Notes under the pieces: model-generated
What the model was told of the DNA's origin: nothing
The model's input: only the letters and a program-made list of their open reading frames with translations
Databases searched by the model: none
Source of the DNA: Mycobacterium leprae TN
GTDB taxonomy: Bacteria > Actinomycetota > Actinomycetes > Mycobacteriales > Mycobacteriaceae
Assembly: GCF_000195855.1 (NCBI RefSeq)
Contig: NC_002677.1
Coordinates: forward strand, 810,001 to 842,000
Length of the DNA stretch: 32,000 nucleotides
Direction: 5' to 3'
Shown: in pieces, positions 21,158 to 30,069 of the stretch
Layout of the letters: the number at the start of each line of letters is the position of its first letter
Position numbering within the stretch: position 1 is the stretch's first letter
Made by a program: the position numbers and the translations under genes

Positions 21158-22000
21158 CAGTGTCCTGGCTTGCCAGAAGGAACTGCGGCTGAATCCTATG
21201 TCAGTCATTTACCGGCTGACCGGAGCTGTGGCCGGTAAATGAGGACCTCAAAGCTGGTTGATCGTGGTGGTAAGTCAAGCTTGGCCTAGATCGACTGGGG
21301 GCGGCGACTCACTGGCGTGAGCGGCTACACTGGTAACTAGCTGCCACGAACCCGTGGTCGTCGGTTTGGACAGTGTCGATCTGCTGTCTACCGTGGTGGC
21401 CGCCGAGTGTGCTTGGCTTGTGGCAATGATTGTACTAGAACGCCTCAGCCTCGGTCAGTGGGTAGCGTTCGTGCTGCATGACTGGTGCGCTGTACGGTTA
21501 GCCGATGTGGCAGATGTGTTCGGGACCAGCGTGGCCGCTACGCTGCCGCTGGCCCGTAAAGCTGTTACCGCGGAGTCGCCCCAAACCCGATCCCAGCCAC
21601 AGCAAGGTGATCAGCCAGCTGATGGCCGCAATGGCCAATGGTGACCTGGAAGCCGTGGTGTTGTTGTTTAATCCCGATATTGTCTTTAACGACGATTCAA
21701 ACAGCAAGGTGAACAAAGAAATTCACGTTATCAGCGGAACGGACAAGGTGGCACGGTCCATGTTTGCCCTAGCCCGCCACTAAGGCCCGGTGTTCGTTAC
21801 CATCAATTAGCTGGCACTGGTCAACGGTGATCTGGGCGCCTACACCGAAGGTTACTCCGGCATCGATGGCTATCGGGAGATGGCCCCGCGGATCACCGCG
21901 ATGACGGTGAAAGACGGAAGGGACTGCGCCATATTGTATATGGCTAACATCGATAGGTTTATCGGCTATACGTTGCGGGGTAATCAACGGAATTCAATCC
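21156..22000 (+). pseudogene. sigJ: ECF sigma factor SigJ pseudogene
   Basis: Plus-strand fragments: QKELRLNPMSVIYRLTGAVAGK then stop; KLGLDRLGAATHWRE; ORF 21354..21644 with LLSTVVAAECAWLVAMIVLERLSLGQWVAFVLHDW..RLADVADVFGTSVAA (sigma region 4). ORFs 21505..21783 and 21880..22086 carry the SnoaL-like C-terminal domain (MAAMANGDLEAVVLLFNPDIVF; MAPRITAMTVKDGR). The start codon is lost and there are several frameshifts. Confidence 0.75.
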
Positions 22001-22223
22001 TTTTCAATGGAATTGAATACCTACATTCGGTGACGGCCAGCTCGGTGTTGATGTGTGCCAGCATGCTCTCGATGCCGGTATGGTAGCTTAGTTCGATCAC
22101 GTCAGCTTTGCTGAAGCGGGAGCGCAGTTCGGCGACTTGCTCGTAGGTAATTGAGCGCGGGTCGTTGGTTATTGCGATGGAAGCGCGTTCGTTGTCGGGG
22201 AAATACGCAGACGTTGCATGCAT
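21984..22223 (-). other. short ORF resembling the C-terminal part of a carboxymuconolactone decarboxylase/AhpD-like protein; probably a gene fragment
   Basis: From the internal ATG at 22223: MHATSAYFPDNERASIAITNDPRSITYEQVAELRSRFSKADVIELSYHTGIESMLAHIN. The spacing resembles the CMD-family pattern (...ALT..P..VTDE....LR..FS..E.VEL......N...R.N). No CxxC motif is seen. Weak call. Confidence 0.25.
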
Positions 22224-22339
22224 AGTTGTCCGTCCTTCAATCTCTTGACATTCAGGCCATCCAGGTACTGCAGCATAGCGCTGAAGTCGATACACCATAA
22301 GCAGCCTACGGGCCGGGTGGTCTAGTACATGGCCAACTT

Positions 22340-23010
22340 ATGAACACTGGCTGGTGGCGCGCTATGCACGTTCTAGAAATTTTTCATGGATGTCGCCGGT
22401 CAGGGGCTAGGTTGGGATGGTGCGTATGGACGGCGAAAGATTCGGGCTCCTCGCCGGAGCGTTGTTTAACGATACGGTACATCAGTCGGATAACAAATTT
22501 TGCGTCTTTCAGGAATAACGGCTCGATGCGATTTTTTGTGTCATACCCATGAGACGAGACAGGAAGCCAAGATGTGACCTCGTCAACGCGATAACTGTAA
22601 AAAGAGTTAGATAACATGGTCCGAAGGCAATAATGTGATGGCACGTTCGCTCCATTTGTCAAATGAACAATGACTCAGATGACAGCTTTTGTTTCTATTT
22701 CAACGTGTTCGCTGTCGAGGTACTTAAGAGCTTCATCTTTACCTGTCCATCTTCCGAAAAGTATATCTATGAAACCGTTTTCGTCACTGATCGTCTTGGA
22801 GTTCCGTCGCCGCTTTCCGCGCTGGTGGCCGGCCGTGACTAAGTGTCTGCGAGTCGGCGTCCTGGTGTTCGACATTGGGTTCTTGAAAACTGTTCTTCTG
22901 GAATGAGATATCTCCAAAACCGGAGTTATGATCAACAGTCGTCTGGATGTTGTTCTGGTCAGCGAAAATATGAAATGGGAATATGTTGAGGACAACATCA
23001 CCTTAGACAT
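22340..23010 (-). pseudogene. AT-rich remnant, possibly a sulfotransferase-domain gene
   Basis: Minus-strand ORFs 22675..23010 and 22384..22662 are separated by a stop. There is faint resemblance to sulfotransferase landmarks: LLIITPVLEISHS vs P.F.IIG..RSGTT; VIVHLTNGANVPSHY vs FIHLVRDGRDVALS; EPESFAVHTHHPNLAPD vs PERYLxVRYEDLVADP. GC is about 40-43% by my count on two 60-nt lines. Confidence 0.3.
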
Positions 23011-23113
23011 GTTCGTTGCCCTGGCGCGACGGCTACGCTAAACTATCGATGAATTCACCAGTCGGTTCAGCCCTTACGGCTATCCGCAACAGACTGAAAT
23101 GCGAACGGCATAA

Positions 23114-23600
23114 AATATTCCCGTGCTTTGGCAGATCCAATGCCGTGGCTTCAACGGCTACGGACCGCCGGTGCCGCTGATAATCAGCGGCACCGGCAGC
23201 CGGATGCTGCAGCTCGCCGCCGAGCATGCCAGCGTCGTTAGCCTGGCCCGCATCTACCAAGTTCATGGCCAGGTCCCAGGGATGATGTGACTCGCCACTT
23301 CCGCTGAAATCGATGACTGCATTTCATACGTCCGCAAGTGCGTCGGTGACTGTGCCGATCAACTTGAACGGTACGCTTTGGTTCACGCTGTAGTGTCCAC
23401 TGGCGATCGCCACAGTGCAGCCGAAAAGATCTCCCAACAACACAGTAAACGGTATGACTCCAGAGGAGGTGTTGCAGCTGCCCGAGATTTACCTAGTTAC
23501 CGTCACACGGAATGGCCCAACACCTGTGCGCCGACCGCTACGGATTTACGAACTATGCCATCCCAACAGCCAAACATCCGGCCAAGAATCCGTTAATACA
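23114..23600 (+). pseudogene. luciferase-like (LLM class, probably F420-dependent) oxidoreductase pseudogene, C-terminal half only
   Basis: Plus-strand FNGYGPPVPLIISGTGSRMLQLAAEHASVVSLA (compare P.PPLLIGG.G.R.L.LAA..AD), then a stop. Further fragments: AEIDDCISYVRKCVGDCADQLERYALVHAVVSTGDRHSAAEKI and, frameshifted, GMTPEEVLQLPEIYLVTV. The N-terminal half (about 180 codons) is absent. Confidence 0.55.
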
Positions 23601-23871
23601 GAAACAGCTTGGTTTTCTCTTGCGTGTGGTCTGCTGACAACAGCACGACGTGGCCCCATCCTTTCGGGGATGTCACACTACCTTCTCGCCCGGGGTGGAC
23701 GGATGGGCTTGGTGACAGCACGTTATGGGTGCCAAATGGCTCAGCCTTAATTTGTCAGAATGACAGGTGACTTTCGAAATGCGATATCGCATCAGTGGAT
23801 CGTCTGGCGGTCGCGGCACGGTACTCCTGGGGGGTGAATGTTGCTGCAAGGGCTGCCAAGCACCAGCGCGG

Positions 23872-24666
23872 TTAGCGCGAGAACATTAGCGCGCGCTTGA
23901 CTTCTTGGATCGCTTTGGTCACCTCTATGTTGCGTGGGCAGGATTCGGTGCAGTTGAACGTGGTTCGGCACCGCCATACTCCGTCGACCTCGTTGAGGAG
24001 GGTCAGGCGTTCGCCGGCACCCTCATCGCGGCTGTCGAAAATGAAGCGATGCGCGTTGACGATCGCAGCGGGACCGTAGTAGGTGCCCTCGCTCCAGAAC
24101 ACCGGGCAGCTGGTGGTGCAGCATGCGCACAGGATACATTTGGTGGTGTCGTCGTAGCGAGCGCGGTCGGTCGGGCTTTGGATGCGCTCTCGGGTCGGCG
24201 GGTTGCCGCTGGTAATCAGGTAGGGTTTCACCGCGCGGTAGGCGTCGAAGAATGGTTCCATGTCGACCACCAGGTCCTTTTCCACCGGCAGCCCGCGGAT
24301 CGGTTCGACTGTGATGGTCAGGTTCTTGCCCGCTTTTTTTGGTAGTAGGTCGCGCATCAGTACCTTGCAGGCCAGCCGGTTGACGCCGTTAACCCGCATA
24401 GCATCAGAGCCGCACACCCCGTGCGCGCAGGATCTCCGGAAGGTGAGTGTGCCGTCCAGGTAACCCTTGATGTAGATCAGCAGGTTTAGCAGCCGGTCGG
24501 TGGGCAGGCAGGGCACCCGGAAGCTCTGCCAGCCACCGGTTTCCGCAAATGCATCGGGGTTGTCTGGGTTGAATCGTGCGATCTTCACGGTCACCATCAC
24601 CGCGTCATCCGAAATCGGCGGTCGGGGAGGTTCGAGCGACTTGACCTCGACAGGTTCAACGGCCAT
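23872..24666 (-). CDS. sdhB: succinate dehydrogenase iron-sulfur subunit
   Basis: 264-aa ORF with three Cys clusters: CAHGVCGSDAMRVNG...C, CILCACCTTSCP and CRTTFNCTESCP. Its ATG overlaps the sdhA TGA by 1 nt (TGATG). Confidence 0.95.
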   Translation of the reverse strand: MAVEPVEVKSLEPPRPPISDDAVMVTVKIARFNPDNPDAFAETGGWQSFRVPCLPTDRLLNLLIYIKGYLDGTLTFRRSCAHGVCGSDAMRVNGVNRLACKVLMRDLLPKKAGKNLTITVEPIRGLPVEKDLVVDMEPFFDAYRAVKPYLITSGNPPTRERIQSPTDRARYDDTTKCILCACCTTSCPVFWSEGTYYGPAAIVNAHRFIFDSRDEGAGERLTLLNEVDGVWRCRTTFNCTESCPRNIEVTKAIQEVKRALMFSR

Positions 24667-26420
24667 CAGTACTTCCGTTCTTGGGGCTCGTAGCGAGTCT
24701 GCACGACGGGTTTGAAATCCAGCGCGATATCGCTGAGCAGATCGGTGCCTTGCTTGTACGCCATGGTGTGGCGCATGTAGTTGGTGTCATCCCGGTGCGG
24801 ATAGTCTTCGCGGGCATGCCCGCCACGGGATTCCTTGCGGTTCAGCGCGCCAACCACCGTGACTTCAGCCAGTTCCAGCAAAAAGCCCAGCTCGATGGCT
24901 TCCAACAAGTCGCTGTTGAAACTTTTTCCCTTGTCGTGCACGGTTATTCGGGAGTATCGCTCCTTGAGCGAATGAATATCGGTGAGCGCTTGCTTGAGTG
25001 TTTCTTCGGTACGAAACACCGCCGCATTGTTGTCCATCGTCTGTTGTAGCGCGCCACGAATATCGGCGACGCGCTCGTTGCCGTGCTCGGATAAGATGTT
25101 AGCTACCCAGCTGATGACCATCTCCGCTGGGTTCGGTGGCATATCGACGAAGTCGTTGGCTGAAGCATAACTGGCCGCTGCGATGCCGGACCGGCGACCG
25201 AAGACGTTGATGTCTAGCAGCGAGTTGGTGCCCAGCCGGTTGGCGCCGTGCACGGACACACATGCGCATTCGCCGGCCGCGTACAGGCCGGGGACGGTCG
25301 AGGTATTGTCCCGCAGCACCTGCCCGGTCACGGTGGTCGGGATCCCGCCCATCACGTAATGGCAGGTCGGATAGACTGGGACCAGCTCGTGGACCGGGTC
25401 CACACCCAAATAGGTGCGGGAGAATTCGGTGATATCGGGAAGTTTGGATTCTAGCACCTCCTCGCCGAGGTGACGGACATCGATGTAGACGTAGTCCTTA
25501 TGCGGGCCAGCGCCGCGGCCCTCCAGGACCTCGAGCACCATTGAGCGGGCCACGATGTCACGCGGAGCCAGGTCGACGATTGTCGGGGCATAGTGCTCCA
25601 TGAACCGTTCGTTCTCGCCGTTGAGCAGCCGTCCGCCTTCGCCGCGCACCGCCTCGGATATTAGGATGCCCAGCCCTGCCAGGCCTGTCGGGTGAAACTG
25701 ATGAAACTCCATGTCCTCCAAAGGAAGTCCCTTACGGAACACAATCCCGATGCCGTCTCCTGTCAGCGTGTGCGCATTGGAGGTGGTCTTGTACATTCGG
25801 CCCGAACCGCCGGTCGCGATCACGACGGCCTTGGTGTGGAAGACGTGAATATCGCCGGTCGCCAACTCGTAGGCCACTACCCCGGTGGTAACTGGGCCGC
25901 TCGGGGTTTGGGTCAGGACCAAGTCGAGTGCGTAGAACTCGTTGAAGAACTCCACGTCGTGCTTGACGCAGTTCTGGTAGAGCGTCTGCAGGATCATGTG
26001 GCCGGTGCGGTCGGCCGCGTAGCAGGCCCTGCGGACCGGCGCTTTGCCGTGGTCGCGAGTGTGACCGCCGAAGCGGCGCTGATCGATGCGGCCTTCGGGG
26101 GTACGATTGAATGGCATCCCCATCTTCTCTAGGTCGAGCACCGCGTCGATAGCTTCCTTGCACATAATCTCCACTGCGTCCTGGTCCGCAAGGTAGTCGC
26201 CACCCTTGACGGTGTCGAAGGCGTGCCATTCCCAGTTGTCATCTTCGACGTTAGCCAGCGCCGCGCACATGCCCCCTTGGGCGGCACCGGTGTGGCTGCG
26301 GGTCGGATAAAGTTTCGTCAAGACCGCGGTTCGCACTCGGGGGCCGGCTTCTACGGCTGCCCGCATTCCGGCACCGCCTGCGCCGACGATCACCACGTCG
26401 TATCGGTGTTGCTGGATCAA
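24666..26420 (-). CDS. sdhA: succinate dehydrogenase flavoprotein subunit
   Basis: 584-aa ORF. It has the FAD dinucleotide fold DVVIVGAGGAGMRAA and the covalent-FAD histidine context RSHTGAAQGG. The start is a TTG at 26420, preceded by GAAAGG. Confidence 0.96.
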   Translation of the reverse strand: MIQQHRYDVVIVGAGGAGMRAAVEAGPRVRTAVLTKLYPTRSHTGAAQGGMCAALANVEDDNWEWHAFDTVKGGDYLADQDAVEIMCKEAIDAVLDLEKMGMPFNRTPEGRIDQRRFGGHTRDHGKAPVRRACYAADRTGHMILQTLYQNCVKHDVEFFNEFYALDLVLTQTPSGPVTTGVVAYELATGDIHVFHTKAVVIATGGSGRMYKTTSNAHTLTGDGIGIVFRKGLPLEDMEFHQFHPTGLAGLGILISEAVRGEGGRLLNGENERFMEHYAPTIVDLAPRDIVARSMVLEVLEGRGAGPHKDYVYIDVRHLGEEVLESKLPDITEFSRTYLGVDPVHELVPVYPTCHYVMGGIPTTVTGQVLRDNTSTVPGLYAAGECACVSVHGANRLGTNSLLDINVFGRRSGIAAASYASANDFVDMPPNPAEMVISWVANILSEHGNERVADIRGALQQTMDNNAAVFRTEETLKQALTDIHSLKERYSRITVHDKGKSFNSDLLEAIELGFLLELAEVTVVGALNRKESRGGHAREDYPHRDDTNYMRHTMAYKQGTDLLSDIALDFKPVVQTRYEPQERKY

Positions 26421-26440
26421 AGCTTGCCTTTCGCAGACTT

Positions 26441-26932
26441 TCAGGAGATGTTGGGATCGAATGACAACAGCACGTAGCTGCCCAGCACCAGCGTGAACCC
26501 CATTGACAACAGCAGCAAGCTATTGAGCCAGAACCGCGTGTGGTCTTTGCGGCTGTAGTCGTCGATGATGTTGCGCAAGCCGTTGCCGCCGTGGACTTGC
26601 GCCAGCCACAGTAGTGCCAGGTCCCAGAATCGCCAGAACGGTGAAGACCAGCGCTGCGCCACAAAGTTGAAGTCGATGCGGTACACGCCGTTGTCCCACA
26701 TCAGCATGATGAATAAGTGCCCGAACGCCAGTACCACCAGCGCGACACCCGAGAACCGCATGAACAGCCAGGCGAACTTTTCGAAGTTGGGGATGCCGGC
26801 GCGTCGACGCGGTGAACGAGGGTTGTCTAAGCTTGCGGGGCGGTCGTAGCTGCGCTGCCGCACCGGGGCTAACTGGCCTTTTTGGCATGTAGGTTGAACT
26901 TGAGGTCTGAGCTGAAGATCGGAGTTGCTCAT
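26441..26932 (-). CDS. sdhD: succinate dehydrogenase membrane anchor subunit
   Basis: ORF 26441..27031. The likely start is the ATG at 26932, which overlaps the sdhC TGA as ATGA. Conserved core: FEKFAWLFMRFSG..LV.LA.GHLFIMLMWD and three hydrophobic helices. Confidence 0.85.
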   Translation of the reverse strand: MSNSDLQLRPQVQPTCQKGQLAPVRQRSYDRPASLDNPRSPRRRAGIPNFEKFAWLFMRFSGVALVVLAFGHLFIMLMWDNGVYRIDFNFVAQRWSSPFWRFWDLALLWLAQVHGGNGLRNIIDDYSRKDHTRFWLNSLLLLSMGFTLVLGSYVLLSFDPNIS

Positions 26933-27390
26933 CGGAAGTGCTCCCACATTCGGAAGTGTTCCCACATGTGTATGCCAATTACCACTCCGGCTGGGACCAA
27001 GAGCAGCAAGAAGATGACGCTGATGATCCACAGCATCAACCGCTGGTGGCGGGGGCCTTCAGACCAGAAGTCGATCAGGATGACCCGGATCCCGTTCAAC
27101 CCGTGGAATCCCACCGCGGCCACCAGGCCATACTCCATGAAGCCGACGATCGGGGCCTTGTAGGTAGAAAGCACCGCGTTGTAGGTCTGCGGGTTCACTC
27201 GCAACATCGCAGCGTCCAGTACGTGGACGAATAGGAAGAAGAAAATGGTCGCGCCGCTGATACGATGCAGCACCCACGACCACATACCGGGATCTCCCCG
27301 GTATGTGGTCGTGGGTGGTCGCCGTCTGCGCGATGATGCTGCTACTGGTCTCGATGTAGCCGGATTCGCGGGTGTCGCCGTTGTCCTCAC
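26929..27390 (-). CDS. sdhC: succinate dehydrogenase cytochrome b subunit
   Basis: ORF 26929..27696. The conserved part begins around YRGDPGMWSWVLHRISGATIFFFLFVHVLD. The proposed start is the GTG at 27390; an ATG at the MWSW position is an alternative. The first ~100 codons of the long ORF look non-coding. Confidence 0.85.
   Translation of the reverse strand: MRTTATPANPATSRPVAASSRRRRPPTTTYRGDPGMWSWVLHRISGATIFFFLFVHVLDAAMLRVNPQTYNAVLSTYKAPIVGFMEYGLVAAVGFHGLNGIRVILIDFWSEGPRHQRLMLWIISVIFLLLLVPAGVVIGIHMWEHFRMWEHFR
26932..26967. repeat. 18-bp tandem duplication (TCGGAAGTG[C/T]TCCCACAT x2) at the 3' end of sdhC
   Basis: Read directly: 26932-26949 and 26950-26967 differ at one position. On the minus strand it encodes MWEHFR-MWEHFR immediately before the sdhC stop and sdhD start. 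Confidence 0.95.
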
Positions 27391-27678
27391 CTCATTCAAT
27401 ACCGCTATCAAAGTAGTTAGCCGGGTAATCGAGCTTAACGTGGCGAGAATGTGCACGGTACCAACAGGCTGATCCAGACCCGTGTGTGGAATATGTCTCA
27501 TATGTGTGGGTCTGTGTTCTGAGTGCGAGCTGGTTGCTCCCGGCGAACCGTTATTCAGCTCGCCTACCGAAACTACAGAATACCTCGGCCCAGCAATGGC
27601 GTAAAAGCTGTAGCGTGGTTGGAGCGTTGGTGACACACCGCCGGAGCCGTGATCGTTGATCATCGATAGAGTCGCCCG

Positions 27679-28767
27679 ATGAATACGCCATTGCACCTAG
27701 AAAACATCAAGCAAGCGCCGAAGGCCCTGCTGCATGACCACCTTGACGGTGGGCTGCGCCCAGCGACCGTGTTGGATATTGCCGGCCAGGTCGGCTATGA
27801 TAGGCTCCCCGCTACCGACGTTGAGTCGCTAGAGACATGGTTTCGCACTGCTTCGCACAGCGGCTCGTTGGAGCGCTACCTGGAGCCGTTTTCTCATACC
27901 GTGGCCGTGATGCAGACACCAGAGGCGTTGCACCGCGTCGCTTATGAGTGCGTGGAAGACCTCGCCGCTGATTCGGTGGTCTACGCCGAAGTCCGGTTCG
28001 CTCCGGAGCTGCACATCGACGAGGGGTTGTCGTTTGATGAGGTCCTCGCAAGCGTGCTGGCGGGTTTTGCTGACGGTGAAAGGGCTTGTGCCGCCGAGGG
28101 CAATGCCATCACAGTGCGCTGCTTGGTCACAGCGATGCGGCACGCGGCAATGTCGCGGGAGATCGCCGAGCTAGCGATCCGGTTCCGGGACAAAGGAGTC
28201 GTCGGATTCGACATCGCTGGTGCTGAGGCTGGGCACCCTCCGACTCGGCACCTCGACGCTTTTGAGTACATGCGTAGTAATAATGCGCGCTTCACTATTC
28301 ATGCGGGTGAGGCGTTCGGGCTGCCATCTATCCACGAGGCGATCGCGTTCTGCGGAGCTGACCGGCTGGGCCACGGGGTGCGGATCGTCGACGACATCGA
28401 CGTTGATCCTGGTGGTGGCATCCGGTTGGGTCCCCTGGCCTCGATCCTGCGGGACAAGCGAATACCGCTGGAGCTGTGCCCCAGCTCGAACCTGCAAACC
28501 GGCGCGGTGGCAAGCATCACCGAGCACCCGTTTGATCTGCTGGCCTGGGCACGTTTCCGGGTGACAGTCAACACCGACAACCGGCTTATGAGCGACACGT
28601 CGATGAGCCTGGAGATGCACCGCTTGGTGGAGGCGTTCGGCTACGGTTGGGGTGATCTCGAACGTTTCACCATCAATGCTATGAAGTCGGCGTTTATTCC
28701 GTTCGATCAACGGTTAGCAATAATCGATGAGGTTATCAAGCCTCGGTTCGCCGTGCTGGTCGGATAG
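27679..28767 (+). CDS. add: adenosine deaminase
   Basis: 362-aa ORF with metal-binding LHDHLDG, TIHAGE and VNTDNRLMS motifs, and full-length family similarity. Confidence 0.95.
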
Positions 28768-28833
28768 CGTTGGGGCAGAACGCTATTGGAGAACCGGAAG
28801 CTACGAGGTTTGGGGGCATGAACATTAATTGAA

Positions 28834-29848
28834 TTGCCCTTCCTGGGATCGATGTTGCTCACGGGCTTTCAGCATGGATGGTTGTTCTTGTTCGTCGTGT
28901 TGGTAGTGGTGGGTGTGTATCTTGCTCTGCGGTTCACTCGGTGCCGGTAGGTTTTGCGATTCGCTGACGTGGACGTGCTGGTGCGTGTCGCGCCAAGCTG
29001 CTCCGGTCGGTGCTGGTACCTGCTGACGCTTCTGTTCGCCACGTCGTTGGTACTGCTGACGACGGCCATTGCGGGTCTGATATAACAATGTTTGGATTAG
29101 ACTTAACTGCGACTGCGCGTTCGTGATGTTGGTGATTGATGTCTAAGAGTCGATGACCGTTACCGATGTCGCGCCGAGTTGATTGGTCGCAGCGCAGCAG
29201 GCCGATAAGCAATTCACCGACGAGGTGACGCCGGCTATTAACTTTGGGCTGGTGGAGTTTGTGGCTACCGCTGCCCTGCTGGTTGCCTCAACGACGAACT
29301 GTGGCGCTGTGAAGGCGGCGATCGACAGCCTGCGAGCTGCTCCGAAAACCTCAACCGGGACCGCATCTCCGCCGCGTTGCAGACATAGTAGCCCCGGTCG
29401 GCACGGTGATGGGAGGCGGCGAAGGCCCGCTACATCGCGCGGATCGTCTTGGAGTCGGACGGCGCCGAAAACGAGCCCTTGGACCTCAACGGCCCTGCAG
29501 AGAACTTTCACCGCGGCGCGGACGATAATAAATCTGGGGGGTAGTGGCAGATATATTATTGACTGTCTCCTTCGGCATGTGCGACGGCTCCGTGTTGTAC
29601 AACGACGCCGTCATTCCGGTTCTGGTGGTCAATCAAACCCTGCAGAAGATCTGCGAGATCACCGACGGTCAAGTATTCCACGCCTACGATCTGGACTCGC
29701 TCAAGCAGGTCTATTCGACTCTGCAGCGGCAGATTGGCTATGACAACTGTGGTCGCGACGCAGCGCAGCCTGGATCTTGCTGGGTGCGGTCATCATGGTT
29801 GGCGCGGTACTGGCCGGCGTGTTCTGCAACCGCAGGCTGTCTGCCTGA
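28834..29848 (+). pseudogene. von Willebrand factor A domain membrane protein (BatA / Rv1481-like) pseudogene
   Basis: Plus-strand fragments in order: LPFLGSMLLTGFQHGWLFLFVVLVVVGVYLALRF, then stop; VLRFADVDVLVRVAP...LLFATSLVLLTTAIAG; ORF 29183..29743 with AAQQADKQFTDEVTPAINFGLVEFVATAALLVASTTN..AVKAAIDSL; ARIVLESDG; ORF 29544..29969 with DLDSLKQVYSTLQRQIGYD. It ends CNRRLSA with TGA at 29846-29848. Many frameshifts. Confidence 0.7.
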
Positions 29849-30069
29849 TCGATCAGGTCAGAAGTCGCCGGTTGATCAATGTCGCCCACCCGGTAGCGAT
29901 GATTGCTGTGATGATGTTGAGGCGCAGCCACCCGACACCGTGCGCGGTATCCGATCTCACCCCGGATGATGTCCTAGCTCCAATTGAGTTTGCTGATGTT
30001 TGTGGCACTTTAGGACTTACCTCCTGCCAGCCGGGCGATCGGAGCTATCTGCTCGGTTGATATTGGGCT

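Noticed and set aside
22340-23114. Possibility that the AT-rich block is an intact horizontally acquired defence or accessory module
   Set aside because: The reading frames are interrupted and short. There are no nuclease, ATPase, methylase or toxin-antitoxin signatures, and no flanking repeats or integrase. It is reported only as a compositional anomaly.
25692-26229. 146-aa (+) and 165-aa (-) ORFs inside sdhA
   Set aside because: These are off-frame or antisense ORFs within a clearly intact flavoprotein gene. They are Arg/Pro/Gly-rich and have no homology features.
28851-28950. 32-codon ORF MLLTGFQHGWLFLFVVLVVVGVYLALRFTRCR as a possible small membrane peptide gene
   Set aside because: It corresponds exactly to the first transmembrane helix of the VWA/BatA-like protein, and the rest of that protein follows in other frames. 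It is a pseudogene fragment, not an independent gene.
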